Counted from the stretch's first letter, positions 19,706-30,768 are shown. The stretch: 64,000 nt of DNA from Terriglobia bacterium (GCA_965206645.1 CBDBKE010000004.1:1696001-1760000); one strand, 5' to 3'. The notes: generated by a model from the letters alone, not told the origin. Translations and numbers: made by a program.

Positions 19706-21094
19706 TCAGCGAGGGAAGCGGACCGAATCCAGCATCTGCTCGAAGGTGGGGCGGAGGGCGCCGAAGTCTTGCTCCGGAGCCACAAACACGATGTACCAGA
19801 GCGTGCCGTCGGGTTGCAAGGTGCAGACCAACCAGTCCATTTCGTTTTCGCCGCGCACCGGCGAGGGCCCCCGCAGCGTCAGGGAAATGGCTCGCTGGCG
19901 GCCTACTCGAGTTCGCTGCCTCCTGCTGATCACCCGCATCCCCGGGTTGCTGTGCTGGAGCTGCTCGATCAGTTGCGAGCTGGCCTGATAGAGACTGATG
20001 CGCCCGTCTTCGTCTCGCTCTGGGTCCAGCTCTGGTTCAAAGATGCTGACCAGGGCACCGTAGGCAATTCCCGAGGTCTCGCGCGAGCGCACAATGCCTT
20101 CGGGCGGCGCGATGGCCTGCACCGAAGTCTGCTTTCCGTGGACCTGCCAGTTGTCCGGGTAGCGGATACGGTACGAGCCGGCGTCGAAGACGCGGAAATT
20201 GCGGCTGGGCAGGCGGGGGTGCTGGTGCTCGCCGCGCTCTTCGTGGCCAAAGTCGCGCTCGCGCCGGGCAACCGGCTGGCGGTTGAGCTGGACGGCCCGC
20301 GACCGGGCACGTCCGAAGTCCGGATTCTCCGCCACCTGATATTTCTGCGGCCCAAGTGTCCTGATTTCTTTGCGCACTTCCTCGACCCGGTTGCCCGGGT
20401 TGGGGTGGCTGGAGAGAAATTCGATCGAGCCGCCGCGCTTCTCGCCTTGCAATTTCTGGAAGAAGCGGGCCATCTCCTGCGGGTCATACCCCGCGTCAAA
20501 AAGCATCTGTGTGCCGATGATGTCGGCCTGGCGTTCCGCATTCCGGGAAAATTTCAGCAGGACAGAGTTGGCGCCGAAGCCGATGCCGAACCTGGCGAGC
20601 TGCCCCACGAGGGACCCAGAGCCGATCACTCCTCCCAGGATTGCCAGCGGCATCTGCGCCAGCATCGCCTTGGAGGCGTTGTTCGTTCCGTGGCGCAGGG
20701 CTACGTGCGCGATCTCGTGTCCCATCACTCCAGCCAGTTGCCCCTCGTTCTCGGCGGCCGCGACCGTTCCGGTGTGCACGTAGATCGGACCGCCCGGCAG
20801 CGCGAACGCATTGATCCGCTTGTCGCGCACCACCTTGAACGTGTAGGGATAGTTGGGCGCCGGCGAATAGCGGGCCAGGCGTCGTCCCAGTTGGCTGACG
20901 TAGGTGTTCATTGATCGGTCCCGGACCAGCGACAGTTGGCGCTCCAGGTCGGCGGCCGCCTCTTTGCCCAACTGAATTTCCTGTTGCTTGGAGAAGAAAT
21001 TCATTCCCGGTTTGACGCGCGTGCGAGCGGCCAGGACCTGCGCCACCAAGACCAAAGCAACCAGCACGGTGAGCAGTGGGCGATATCGCGACAT
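19706..21094 (-). CDS. M48 family zinc metalloprotease (BepA/YfgC-like) with an extra C-terminal domain
   Basis: Signal peptide, INAFALPGG, HEIAH, FSRNAERQAD, FLSSHPNPGNR. Confidence 0.9.
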   Translation of the reverse strand: MSRYRPLLTVLVALVLVAQVLAARTRVKPGMNFFSKQQEIQLGKEAAADLERQLSLVRDRSMNTYVSQLGRRLARYSPAPNYPYTFKVVRDKRINAFALPGGPIYVHTGTVAAAENEGQLAGVMGHEIAHVALRHGTNNASKAMLAQMPLAILGGVIGSGSLVGQLARFGIGFGANSVLLKFSRNAERQADIIGTQMLFDAGYDPQEMARFFQKLQGEKRGGSIEFLSSHPNPGNRVEEVRKEIRTLGPQKYQVAENPDFGRARSRAVQLNRQPVARRERDFGHEERGEHQHPRLPSRNFRVFDAGSYRIRYPDNWQVHGKQTSVQAIAPPEGIVRSRETSGIAYGALVSIFEPELDPERDEDGRISLYQASSQLIEQLQHSNPGMRVISRRQRTRVGRQRAISLTLRGPSPVRGENEMDWLVCTLQPDGTLWYIVFVAPEQDFGALRPTFEQMLDSVRFPR

Positions 21095-21222
21095 GATCTT
21101 TCTCCTGGGCTTCTATCCTGCCACGAACGGCTCCCCAGGGGCTATCTTACAGATGCAGTGCCCGGGCAGCGCGTTTCGCGTTTATTCGTGCTGGCCGCCG
21201 CGGACGGGTTCCTTGGGCCTAC

Positions 21223-21250
21223 CTGACAGCATTGGATTCAATGCTATACT
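21223..21250 (+). promoter_or_regulatory. Putative sigma70 promoter of ilvE with an overlapping palindrome
   Basis: CTGACA (21223-28), 16 bp, TATACT (21245-50) preceded by TGn; AGCATTG-GATT-CAATGCT at 21228-21245. Confidence 0.55.
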
Positions 21251-21279
21251 GATTCGGCGAGAGGGACACCCAACCAGGA

Positions 21280-22230
21280 ATGGCCGTCAAGAAAAGCGAG
21301 AAGATCTGGCATGACGGGCAGTTCATCCCCTGGGACGAGGCACAGATCCACGTGCTGTCCCATGTGGTGAACTACGGATCTGCGGTCTTCGAGGGGATGA
21401 GGTGTTACGCCACGTCCAACGGGCCGGCGATCTTCCGCTTGAAGGAGCACGTCGAGCGGTTGTTCAACTCTGCCAAGATCTACCGCATGCAAATCGGCCA
21501 TTCACGGGAGCAGCTGACGGAAGCGATGCGGGAGCTGGTGCGGGTCAACCACCTGGAGGCCTGCTACGTGCGGCCCATCGTGCTGCGCGGGTACGGCGAC
21601 ATGGGGGTGTACCCAGGCAACTGTCCGGTCGAGGTGTTCCTGGCCTGCTGGGAATGGGGCAAGTACCTGGGCAAAGAAGCGCTGGAGCAAGGCACCGACG
21701 TTTGCATCAGCTCCTGGAACCGGATGGCGCCCAACACGCTGCCGGCCATGTCCAAGGCGGCCGCCAACTACATGAACTCGCAGTTGATCCGGATGGAGGC
21801 GATGGCCAACGGCTACGCCGAAGGCATCGCCCTGGACGTGAACGGATTCATCAGCGAAGGGAGCGGGGAGAACGTCTTCGTGGTAAAAGACGGGACGATG
21901 CACACGCCTCCGCTGGCCTCGGCGATTCTGCCCGGCATCACCCGGGACACCGTGCTGCGGCTGGCGCGGGACTTGGGCATTCCCGTAGTTGAGCAGGTCA
22001 TTCCGCGCGAGGCTCTCTACATTGCCGACGAGGTCATTTTCAGCGGCACCGCCGTCGAAATTACCCCAGTGCGCTCGGTGGACAAGATTTCGATCGGCAG
22101 CGGTAGTCGCGGCCCGATCACTCACGCGCTACAGGAAGAATTTTTCGCCATTATCGAAGGGCGGAAACCTGACCGTCACGGCTGGCTCTGGCCGATCAAC
22201 GTCAAGCAGCCAACCCCCGCATTGCGCTGA
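21280..22230 (+). CDS. ilvE: Branched-chain amino acid aminotransferase
   Basis: [19 protein letters not shown] (PLP Lys), [25 protein letters not shown]. Confidence 0.95.
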   Translation: MAVKKSEKIWHDGQFIPWDEAQIHVLSHVVNYGSAVFEGMRCYATSNGPAIFRLKEHVERLFNSAKIYRMQIGHSREQLTEAMRELVRVNHLEACYVRPIVLRGYGDMGVYPGNCPVEVFLACWEWGKYLGKEALEQGTDVCISSWNRMAPNTLPAMSKAAANYMNSQLIRMEAMANGYAEGIALDVNGFISEGSGENVFVVKDGTMHTPPLASAILPGITRDTVLRLARDLGIPVVEQVIPREALYIADEVIFSGTAVEITPVRSVDKISIGSGSRGPITHALQEEFFAIIEGRKPDRHGWLWPINVKQPTPALR

Positions 22231-22344
22231 AGCCCCGAGGGGGTACCCCCTGTGGTCCCGGCCCGACACCAACTGGATGCCAATGTGGAACGCAACCCAG
22301 CCGCGTTGCGCGGCTGGCAAAACTTGAGGGAAGGTGAGGTCTCC

Positions 22345-23387
22345 ATGCGTCGCAAATCCTTTGTCGCAATTCTCGTTGTTTTGCTAGCAGTGACAGGTCC
22401 CCTGATGGGGCGCGGCAGCCAGCAGCCCGCCTTAGCAGATATCGTTCAACGGAACAACGCCAACCTGGGGCTCCTGCCGGCGGAGGCGAACGTCCTGTTT
22501 GGCCTAGACCTGGACGGGCTGCTCTCCTCGGCTGCCTTTGCTACTGTGCGGTCGCGCGTCGAGGAGGCAAAGGACGACCCCGGGCACAGTAGTTTTAAGG
22601 CTGACACCGGCTTGGATGTGTTGCGCGAGTGACGGGCGCGCTCTGGAGCCTCTCGGGTGGGAAGATGCCAGACTCGGCAAGGGGTCTAGTGGTTGTGACG
22701 GCCGAGTATGATCGCTCGAAAATTTCTGGGCTCCTGCGGCAAAAGTCTGATGCGCCGGAGCTCTACCGGGACTTCGGAATCTGGATGATAGAGAAGGAAC
22801 CGCCTGAGTCTAAGAGCGAGTCAGTGACGGCAGTGCTGCTGGACGACCAGACAATCCTGCTGGGCACAGCATCGGCGGTGAAGCAGTCGCTGGACCTGAA
22901 GCTGGGACCCGGCTCCAGCGTGCTGAACAATGGTGAATTGGTTGAGCAGTTGCAGAGGTTGGGGTCGGAGAACCAGCTTTGGGCCGTCGCCCTCACTCCT
23001 GGGGATTTGCTGAAGGCAGCTGGTAGTCCCCCGCCCGGGCAGGCCAATGTGTTTCAGTTGCTGCAGCGAATCGAAGCCACCACCTTCGCCCTCAAGGTCA
23101 CCTCCGGACTGCGACTGTTCCTCGAGGGCACCTTCGGCAACGAGCAGGATGCTGGCACCCTGAACGATCTTGCGCGTGGCTTCCTGGCGACAATGCGGCT
23201 GAGCGCTCCCTCCGACCGCCCCGAACCGCTCGAGCTTCTGAATACTTTAGACGTGCAGCAGGAGGCGAGCGCAGTGCGCATTACTGTCGACATCCCCCAA
23301 GAACTGCTGGAGAAGCTGGCGGCGAACCCTGAGTCGTTCTCTCCCAGCTCGCCCAGCCGAAAGCGACCCCGCCAAGAGAAAGAATAG
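22345..23387 (+). pseudogene. Exported hypothetical protein split by a frameshift at about 22629
   Basis: Signal-peptide ORF ends GLDVLRE*; the next frame begins VTGALW at the overlapping GTG; one extra G joins them into a ~347-aa protein. Confidence 0.7.
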
Positions 23388-23395
23388 CGAAATTT

Positions 23396-25987
23396 CTACC
23401 TGCGCCGCCAGATGAGCAGTCCGATCGCTGCTGCCGTGGCCAGCGTGATTGCAACTCCCCAATACAGTGATCGGGGCCGATAGCGGAAGATCACCCGGTG
23501 AGATCCGGGCGTCAGCGGCACGGCACGAAAGATCAGATTCGCGCGCAGCAACCGGCCAGGTCGGCCGTCCACACTCACTTGCCACTCGTCGTTGTAGCTG
23601 TCGGTGAGCACCAGGTAGGCGGGCACGAACGCTACCGCCTGGATTTCGACACGCAACGCGTCGCGATGCAAGATGCGGGCTTCGCCAGCCGGTTCTCCCT
23701 CCCTGGCCGGAGGCTCCAGTGTTTCCTGCAGGTTTCTTCCATCGCGCTCCAAGATCACCTGGGTGTTGGGATCAAACCCGGCCGATGCCAGGCGCAGCAG
23801 ACTGGGCAACTCTGCCGGGAACACCTCGGCCTTGCGAGCCGCAATCAGGTAGGCGCGTGGCAGCACATCCATCACACGATAGGCACTGACGGGGAAGCGG
23901 GTCTCATTCGGAAACGTTCCCACCAAGGCGAAGCGGGCGTCAGGCTTGGGCTCCCAGTGGCGTAACAGCGCGTACTCGACGCTACCGATGGACAGCAGCC
24001 GCGCCAGCGGCATGTTGGGCGGGGGGGGTCAGGTAGACCAGATTGTTCAGGAGGGCCTGCGGCTTCGGGAGCACGATCTCCGGATCTGCCGTGTAGCTGT
24101 TTTCCACGCCCAAGGTTCCCGCGCTGATCTGCAGGCTCAGGCGTAGCGTGTAGGGCAACTGTGCGGTGGCAGGAAGAAAATCCAACTCTACAGGATTCCG
24201 CAGAAGGAAACGGGAGGGAAGATTCTGCACAACCGGCTGCGGTTCAGCAAAGACGCGCAGCGGCGGACTTTCACTCTTCAGCCTTTCCAGAACGGGTGGC
24301 CTGTCGTCGAGAAAGCGCCGGTGAACGACTGGATTCACCATCCGGTGGTTTAGCATCAACAGGAGGACCCCGACCGCGCCGGCGAACCCTACCAGAAACG
24401 AGCGAAACCACCCCTCGATCAGCCAAGGATTCGCGCCTGAGGACGATGGCCAGCGGCAGAATACGAGGGCAGCAATCAGCAGCACTGGAAGCAACACATA
24501 CGGCAATTGCTGCGGAATCGCGGACGTGAGCCACAATGCAGCGCGCTCAACGGTTTCTGCGTGATTCATCTCCAGCACTTGCCGGAGGTTGAGCACGAAG
24601 GTGTGGTGAAACTGGATTTCGGCCAGCCTTCGGGCTGCCTGTCCGGCGTCGTCCGGGAGCAACCGCACACAAGCAGCCAGCAGCAGCCAGACGACCCCTA
24701 GGCCCACTCCGCCGCCACCCAGCCACAGCAGGCGGCGAGCCTGCCGCTCCGTGGGTTTTTCCGCTGCCAGGTAGTGGATGCCGATCGCCGCCAGTTGGGA
24801 TACGGCCAACGCTACCGGCACCAGCAACTTGACCGGAAACCGAACGATCTGGAAGACGGGCAAAACGTAATAGAGCACGTATGAAAAGGGAGTGAAGCTC
24901 CCGAGCGCGATCAGCAGCGCCAGCACGCCGGCGACCCCCCAGAAGCGCGTCGCCCGCAAGTGCGTGACATGGTCCCGGCGCACCAGCACGGCCACCAGCG
25001 CGAGCCCGAGCGGGATGATTCCTATGAAGAGCGACAACAAGAGGGGTTCCCGGCCATCCAGGTAGAGCCAAGGCAGATGCCAGTGGGAAAGCGCATCCCC
25101 AAAAAACGCGGCAAAAGCACGTCCAACAACTTCAGTGGGTGCAGAGACCAGAAGAAGCTGTCTGCAAAGCTGAGGGGCGCGCGGGCCGTTTTACTCAGAT
25201 GCCACAGCGCGGGAAGCAGTTGCATAGCCGAAAGTCCGGCCGTTAGCAGCAGGCCAACAAGGAAGCGGCCGGCCAGGACCCGATTAACCGTGGACTGGAT
25301 TGGGCCGCGCCAATCGGCATAGAACCCCATCACCCACCCCAGCGCCAACGCAACTGTGGCCATGCTGGTTAACGGCTCGCCGGCAAAGAACTGCATCGTG
25401 AGGGCGCCGGAAAACAGCCCGGCTCCGAGCCAGCCGCCGCGGCGCATCTGGTAATCGGCAGCTAGGATCGCCAAGGGCATCCAGGCCGCCGCCGCCAACA
25501 TGTTGTAGAAATTGCCCAGGGACATGACCGGGCCGCTGAAGACGAACACCGCCCCGGCCGCGTAGCAGGCGGCGGGCCTCAGCCCGATTCGCCGCGCCAG
25601 CAGGAAGGCGCCCGCCGCCAGCAAGAAGAAGTGCAGCACGTAGTGGAGCTTGAAGCCGTAGGCTGGTGGCAGCACCCAGGCCAACCAGGTGGTCGGGTAG
25701 AACAACAGGTAGTTCGGGTTGGCAATGACAGATTCCCCGAAGTGTTCAAAGGGGTTCCACAGAGGTGGCAGCCCGGAGTGCACAATTGCACGCAGCTCCG
25801 CGACCCTCGGGTAGTGAGCGTAAGAGATGTCCCGGTAGAACAGGACGTCGGTCGTAAAAAGGTGGCGCCAAAAGAAACACGCAACCGTCAACATGAGCGC
25901 GCCAAATGCTGCCCAATGTCTTCGACTCATCTTTTCCGGATGGTGCTGCACGCCTTGCATCGCTGTTCGCGTCTGCAGTTCCGACAC
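23396..25987 (-). pseudogene. YfhO-family (GT-C-like) polytopic membrane protein in three pieces, with two homopolymer frameshifts
   Basis: PLWNPFEHFGESVIANP N-terminus, VRFPVK middle, YLVLTDSYNDEWQVSVDG...LRANLIFRAV...YRP C-terminus; breaks at A6 25101-06 and G8 24021-28. Confidence 0.85.
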
Positions 25988-26085
25988 CGTGGCGGCTATG
26001 AACCTGACAGATTACTGCAGAACGGATGAAGACCCCTACGATGTTTCTGAAGGCCTTTGGGCTAGCGCAAAGGGTCCTAGCCAGA

Positions 26086-26116
26086 TAGACGACAAGCCGC
26101 GACTCTCGTCTATAAT
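26086..26116 (+). promoter_or_regulatory. Putative promoter of the UbiD-family gene
   Basis: Perfect TATAAT at 26111-16; TAGACG at 26086-91 (19-bp spacer, long); inverted repeat ATAGACGA/TCGTCTAT. Confidence 0.4.
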
Positions 26117-26143
26117 GGGGCCCCACATCCACGTGAGTAAGAT

Positions 26144-27628
26144 ATGGCATACGAGAATTTACGCGCGTTCATTCGCGCGCTCGAACAGGCCGGGGAGCTG
26201 AAGCGCATCGGGGTGGAAGTGGACCCGGTGCTGGAGATTGCCGAAATCACCGACCGCGTCAGCAAGCAAGGCGGGCCGGCCCTGCTGTTTGAAAACCCCA
26301 AGGGCTACCGGATCCCGGTGCTGATCAACACCTTCGGCTCGGCCCGGCGCATGAACCTGGCGCTGGGGGTGGACTCGCTGGAGCAGGTGGCCGACCGCAT
26401 CCGCCAGTACCTGGACTTCAAGTCACCCGCGAGCCTGCTGGAAAAGATCAAGATGCTGCCGAAGCTGGCGGAGATCGGCGCCTTCTTCCCCCGCACGGTG
26501 CGTAGCGGGCCCTGCAAGGAGATGGTGAAACGCGACAACTTCTCGGTGCTGGATTTTCCCGTCATCCAGTGCTGGCCGCAAGACGCCGGCCGTTTCATCA
26601 CCTTCCCGGTGGTGTTCTCCCGCAACCCGGAAACGGGCAAACGCAACGCCGGCTGCTACCGCATGCAGGTGTTTGACGAGCGCACCACAGCCATGCACTG
26701 GCAACTGCACAAGCACGGCGCCGAGCATTTCCGGCGGGCGCAGGCAGCCCAGGCCGGCGCAACGCCCCGCTCAGCGCCCGGCGCGACGCCCGCCGCCAAA
26801 ATGGAAGTGGCGGTGGCCATCGGCAGCGACCCGGCAGTGATGCTCTCCGGCGTGCTGCCGCTGCCACCGGATCTGGACGAATTGCTCTTCGCCGGCTTCC
26901 TGCGCCAGAAGCCGGTGGATCTGGTGCGCTGCGAGACAGTAGACCTGGAGGTGCCGGCCAACAGCGAAATCGTGCTGGAGGGCTACGTGCGCTTGGATGA
27001 GCTGCGTACCGAAGGGCCCTTCGGCGACCACACCGGCTTCTACTCGCTTGCCGACCAATACCCGGTGTTCCACATCACCTGCATCACCCACCGCAAGGAT
27101 CCCATTTACGCCACCACCATTGTCGGCCCGCCGCCCATGGAAGACTTCTGGATGGGACACGCCATCGAGCGCATCTTCCTGCCGCTGATGCGGCTGCAAC
27201 TGCCCGAGATCGTGGACGTCTCCATGCCCGCCGAGGGCATCTTCCACAACCTGATGCTGGTGGCCATGCGCAAGTCCTACCCGGGACAGGCACGCAAGGT
27301 GATGAGCGCCATCTGGGGCTTGGGGCAGGCTATGTTCACCAAGTGCATTGTGGTGGTGGACCACGATGTGGACGTGCAGAATCCGCGCGAGGTGGTCTGG
27401 AAGGCGCTGAATCACATTGACCCCGAGCGCGATATCCAGTTCACTTTCGGGCCCATTGATTCGCTGGATCACGCCAGCCGGCTTCCCAACTACGGCTCCA
27501 AGATGGGCGTGGATGCCACGCGCAAGTGGCCCACAGAAGGTTTTACCCGGCCCTGGCCCGACGAGATGAGGATGAGCCCTGAAGTGAAGGCCCGGGTGGA
27601 CGCCCTGTGGAAGGACCTGGGACTGTGA
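26144..27628 (+). CDS. UbiD-family prFMN-dependent decarboxylase (menaquinone futalosine-pathway MqnL-like)
   Basis: GGPALLFENP, RNAGCYRMQV, EGPFGDHTGFY, VGPPPMED, DSLDHAS, GSKMGVDAT. Confidence 0.92.
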   Translation: MAYENLRAFIRALEQAGELKRIGVEVDPVLEIAEITDRVSKQGGPALLFENPKGYRIPVLINTFGSARRMNLALGVDSLEQVADRIRQYLDFKSPASLLEKIKMLPKLAEIGAFFPRTVRSGPCKEMVKRDNFSVLDFPVIQCWPQDAGRFITFPVVFSRNPETGKRNAGCYRMQVFDERTTAMHWQLHKHGAEHFRRAQAAQAGATPRSAPGATPAAKMEVAVAIGSDPAVMLSGVLPLPPDLDELLFAGFLRQKPVDLVRCETVDLEVPANSEIVLEGYVRLDELRTEGPFGDHTGFYSLADQYPVFHITCITHRKDPIYATTIVGPPPMEDFWMGHAIERIFLPLMRLQLPEIVDVSMPAEGIFHNLMLVAMRKSYPGQARKVMSAIWGLGQAMFTKCIVVVDHDVDVQNPREVVWKALNHIDPERDIQFTFGPIDSLDHASRLPNYGSKMGVDATRKWPTEGFTRPWPDEMRMSPEVKARVDALWKDLGL

Positions 27629-27771
27629 GTATTACTCGTGCCGGATGCATCACTCTCGGGCTCAAGCTCTCCAGCCCTCATCCGCGCCGCTTTTGACAAG
27701 CAAGGCGATCCACCGTAAGCTGTTTCCTAGGTGCCACTCAAGCTCGGCTCCAACCTGAGATTCATGCGGTC

Positions 27772-30120
27772 ATGGTTCCGTTTGCGGCCACCTCGATGAC
27801 AGTCCAGACCAGCCACTGCCTGCTGGCGGTGTTGCTGGCGACGGCACTGGCCTGTCCGGCTTTCCCTGCAGGCACAACCTTCTGGCAGATGGACACCGGC
27901 GCCGACTTTGCTCGCGGCACCTTCACCGGAGTTTCCCTCAGCCGCGACGGCAAGCTGTCGGTGGCGCCCCGGCTGGAAGAAGTTTTCTCGACTGGCCAGG
28001 CGTTGGTTTGGGCCGTGGTCGAAGACCGCGCCAGCAACCTTTACCTGGGCACCGGCCACGCGGGAAAAGTGTTCAAGCTGGATGTGGAGATGAAGGCTCA
28101 GGAGTTCTTTGACGCACCCGAGCCCGACGTATTTGCGCTGGCGGTGGACCGCGACAACAACCTTTACGTGGGTACTTCTCCGGACGGCAAAGTCTACAAG
28201 GTCTCGCGGGATGGCAAGGCGCAGGAGTTCTTTAACCCGCAGGCCAAGTACATCTGGGCGTTGGTGGTAACACCGGAAGGCATGCTCTACGTCGGCACTG
28301 GCGACCGCGGCCGCATTTACCGCGTCTCGCCCGACGGCACCGGGTCGCTTTTCTTCGACACTCAGCAGACCCACGTCATGTCGCTGGCGCTGGGGCCGGA
28401 ACAAGCGCTGGTAGCCGGCAGCGAGCCCAACGGGCTGCTCTACCGCATCTCGCCTGCGGGAAAAGCGTTTGTGCTCTATGATGCGCCCCTGGAGGAAATC
28501 CATAACGTAGTCGTCGGGCCGGACGGCAGCGTGCTGGCGGCGGCGATGGCCCGAGGGCGGCGCGGGCTCGGCAGCACCGGCGTTGCCGTGGTTCCCGGCG
28601 GCCAGAGCGCAGCGGTCTCAGTCACCATCAGCGCCAAGGCTGTTCCCTCCCCGAGCCCGGAGGACCAAAAGAAGCTGCAGGAGGCTCGCAAGGCGGCGGA
28701 GGGGGCGGCGCAGCAGGCGGCAAGCGCCGCTGCGACCTTCGCCACTCCGAGGGTGCATTTCCCCGGGGTGACTTGCAGCGCTATCTACCGGGTCGCCACT
28801 GATGGCAGTGTGGAAGAGATGTGGAGCTCCGAGCGGGAGAGCGTCTATGGCATCCTGCCGGCCGCCGAAGGCCTGTTGTTCTCCACTGACGAGCGGGGCC
28901 GTGTGTACCGATTGAACGCCGAGAAGCAGATCACACTGCTGGTGGAAACCGAGGAAGAGCAAACGACCCGCCTGCTTCGCCGAGGCTCCGACGTGCTGGT
29001 TGCCACCAGCAATTTCGGCAAACTGTTCCGCCTGGGCACCACACCCGACAAGCACGGTTCCTACGAGTCGCCAGTGCAAGACACTGGCCGAATTTCCCGC
29101 TGGGGGAAGCTCAGTTGGCGCGCCGGGGTGCCGGCCGGCACGCGTGTCGAGTTCCTCACCCGCAGCGGTAATTCTTCCACCCCAGACCACATCTGGAGTG
29201 AGTGGACGCAGACCTCCGACCCTGGTGCCGTGGGTGGCCGGGAGGACCTGTTCGACCAACAGGTGAAGAGTCCGCCTGCCCGATATCTGCAGTGGAAGGC
29301 GGTGCTCCGCTCTGCCGAGGGACGCTCGCCCAGCCTGGAAGAAGTTTCCGTAGCCTACCTGCCGCAGAACCGGGCGCCGATCATCCGCTCGGTCAAGGTG
29401 GCTCGGGCCATCCTACCCGCGCCGGTGCCCCAGCCTGGTTCGCTCGCCGCGCCCGCTGCTGCCCGTGCGAGCACCGAGCCCATGGTGGTGGTCGTACGGG
29501 ACACCGTCACCGCTTCGGAGAAACGCGGAGCGCCTCAGGTGTCCACGCCCAAACCCGGTCCGGCTCAGAGGAGGGCCAGGCAATCCGGCATCACAATCGC
29601 CTGGCAGGCTGAAGACCCGGACGGCGACCGGATGAGCTTCAACCTCTACATCCGGGGCGAGGGCGAAACCCAATGGAAGCTGCTAAAAGAGAACCTGAAC
29701 AAGTTCCGCTTCCAGCCGGAGCCGGAAAGCCTGCCGGACGGCAAGTACCAGGTCCGCCTGGTCGCTTCCGATGCTCAGGGCAATCCGCCCCAGACCGCCC
29801 GCAGCGCAGAGGAACGGAGCGCGCCGTTTTTGATTGACAACACGCCGCCTCAGGTCCGGCTCCTGACACAGCAAAGGAAAGGGAGTGCAGCGCAGGTGCA
29901 TTTCCGGGTAACGGACGCCGCCTCGGTCTTGCGGCGTGCGGAATACTCAGTGGACGCCGGTCCCTGGCTGCCGGTTTATTCCCAGGACGGGATTGTGGAC
30001 TCGCGCCTGGAAGATTTTGTTCTCCGGGTAGAGAACCTCAAACCCGGGGAGCACCTGGTGGTACTACGAGCTTATGATCTTGGGGACAATGCGGGCATGG
30101 GGAAGGCAGTCTTGAAATAG
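27772..30120 (+). CDS. Large secreted beta-propeller protein with C-terminal Ig/FN3-like domains
   Basis: Signal peptide; repeated LYVGT(S/G)..GKVY blades; WQAEDPDGD, LPDGKYQVRLVASD, IDNTPP. Confidence 0.8.
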   Translation: MVPFAATSMTVQTSHCLLAVLLATALACPAFPAGTTFWQMDTGADFARGTFTGVSLSRDGKLSVAPRLEEVFSTGQALVWAVVEDRASNLYLGTGHAGKVFKLDVEMKAQEFFDAPEPDVFALAVDRDNNLYVGTSPDGKVYKVSRDGKAQEFFNPQAKYIWALVVTPEGMLYVGTGDRGRIYRVSPDGTGSLFFDTQQTHVMSLALGPEQALVAGSEPNGLLYRISPAGKAFVLYDAPLEEIHNVVVGPDGSVLAAAMARGRRGLGSTGVAVVPGGQSAAVSVTISAKAVPSPSPEDQKKLQEARKAAEGAAQQAASAAATFATPRVHFPGVTCSAIYRVATDGSVEEMWSSERESVYGILPAAEGLLFSTDERGRVYRLNAEKQITLLVETEEEQTTRLLRRGSDVLVATSNFGKLFRLGTTPDKHGSYESPVQDTGRISRWGKLSWRAGVPAGTRVEFLTRSGNSSTPDHIWSEWTQTSDPGAVGGREDLFDQQVKSPPARYLQWKAVLRSAEGRSPSLEEVSVAYLPQNRAPIIRSVKVARAILPAPVPQPGSLAAPAAARASTEPMVVVVRDTVTASEKRGAPQVSTPKPGPAQRRARQSGITIAWQAEDPDGDRMSFNLYIRGEGETQWKLLKENLNKFRFQPEPESLPDGKYQVRLVASDAQGNPPQTARSAEERSAPFLIDNTPPQVRLLTQQRKGSAAQVHFRVTDAASVLRRAEYSVDAGPWLPVYSQDGIVDSRLEDFVLRVENLKPGEHLVVLRAYDLGDNAGMGKAVLK

Positions 30121-30198
30121 TCCAAGGTCCAAGGCTTCGGCCGAAGAACGCGGAGTGGGGCGTTGGACGTTGGACCTTAGACTTTGGATCTTGGACTC
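30120..30198. repeat. Inverted pair of heptamer arrays (GTCCAAG / TTGGAC)
   Basis: gtccaag gtccaag ... gttggac gttggac cttagac tttggat cttggac. Confidence 0.65.
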
Positions 30199-30721
30199 AG
30201 TGGTTTTTCTAATCGGCTTCATGGGAAGTGGCAAGAGCGTGGTGGGCCAGGCGCTGGCCCGGCGCCTGGATTGCTCCTTTCTGGATCTGGATGATCGCAT
30301 TGAAGCGACTACCGGTTGCTCCATTCCCGAAATCTTTGACCGGCAGGGGGAAGCCGCCTTTCGCGAGTTGGAACACCAACAACTACAGGGGCTACTCTCG
30401 GAGGTTGGAGAAGCGTCGGCAGTGGTGGCCCTTGGCGGGGGGGCGTTTGCCCAGCCGCGAAACGTGGAACTGGTGGAACAGTCGGGCGGGTGCACCGTCT
30501 GGCTGGACGGGCCGCCGGAACTCTTGCTGGAGCGTTGCCAACGCCACAAGACCGATCGCCCTCTGGCCCGCGATCCGGAGCGCTTCCGGGCGCTCTATCG
30601 CGAGCGCATTCCATTCTATGCACGGGCCCGCCTGCGCGTGGAGGCTACCGGCGCCGCGGAAAGTGTGGTAGAAGAAATTCTGGAGGGCCTGGCAACATTG
30701 CCGGCCCGGAGACGAGCATGA
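30191..30721 (+). CDS. aroK: Shikimate kinase
   Basis: FLIGFMGSGKS P-loop, DLDDRIE, GEAAFRELE, VALGGG, RPL; start TTG 30191 or GTG 30200. Confidence 0.93.
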   Translation: MDSVVFLIGFMGSGKSVVGQALARRLDCSFLDLDDRIEATTGCSIPEIFDRQGEAAFRELEHQQLQGLLSEVGEASAVVALGGGAFAQPRNVELVEQSGGCTVWLDGPPELLLERCQRHKTDRPLARDPERFRALYRERIPFYARARLRVEATGAAESVVEEILEGLATLPARRRA

Positions 30722-30768
30722 GGTTCACTTTCCAGGGGCGTGGCTGCAATGCAGGTTATGGACTTTTT

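Noticed and set aside
19610-20914. Long antisense ORFs (also 39753..41087, 16513..17586, 55888..56973, 59008..60063)
   Set aside because: Shadows of well-supported genes on the opposite strand, expected in GC-rich DNA
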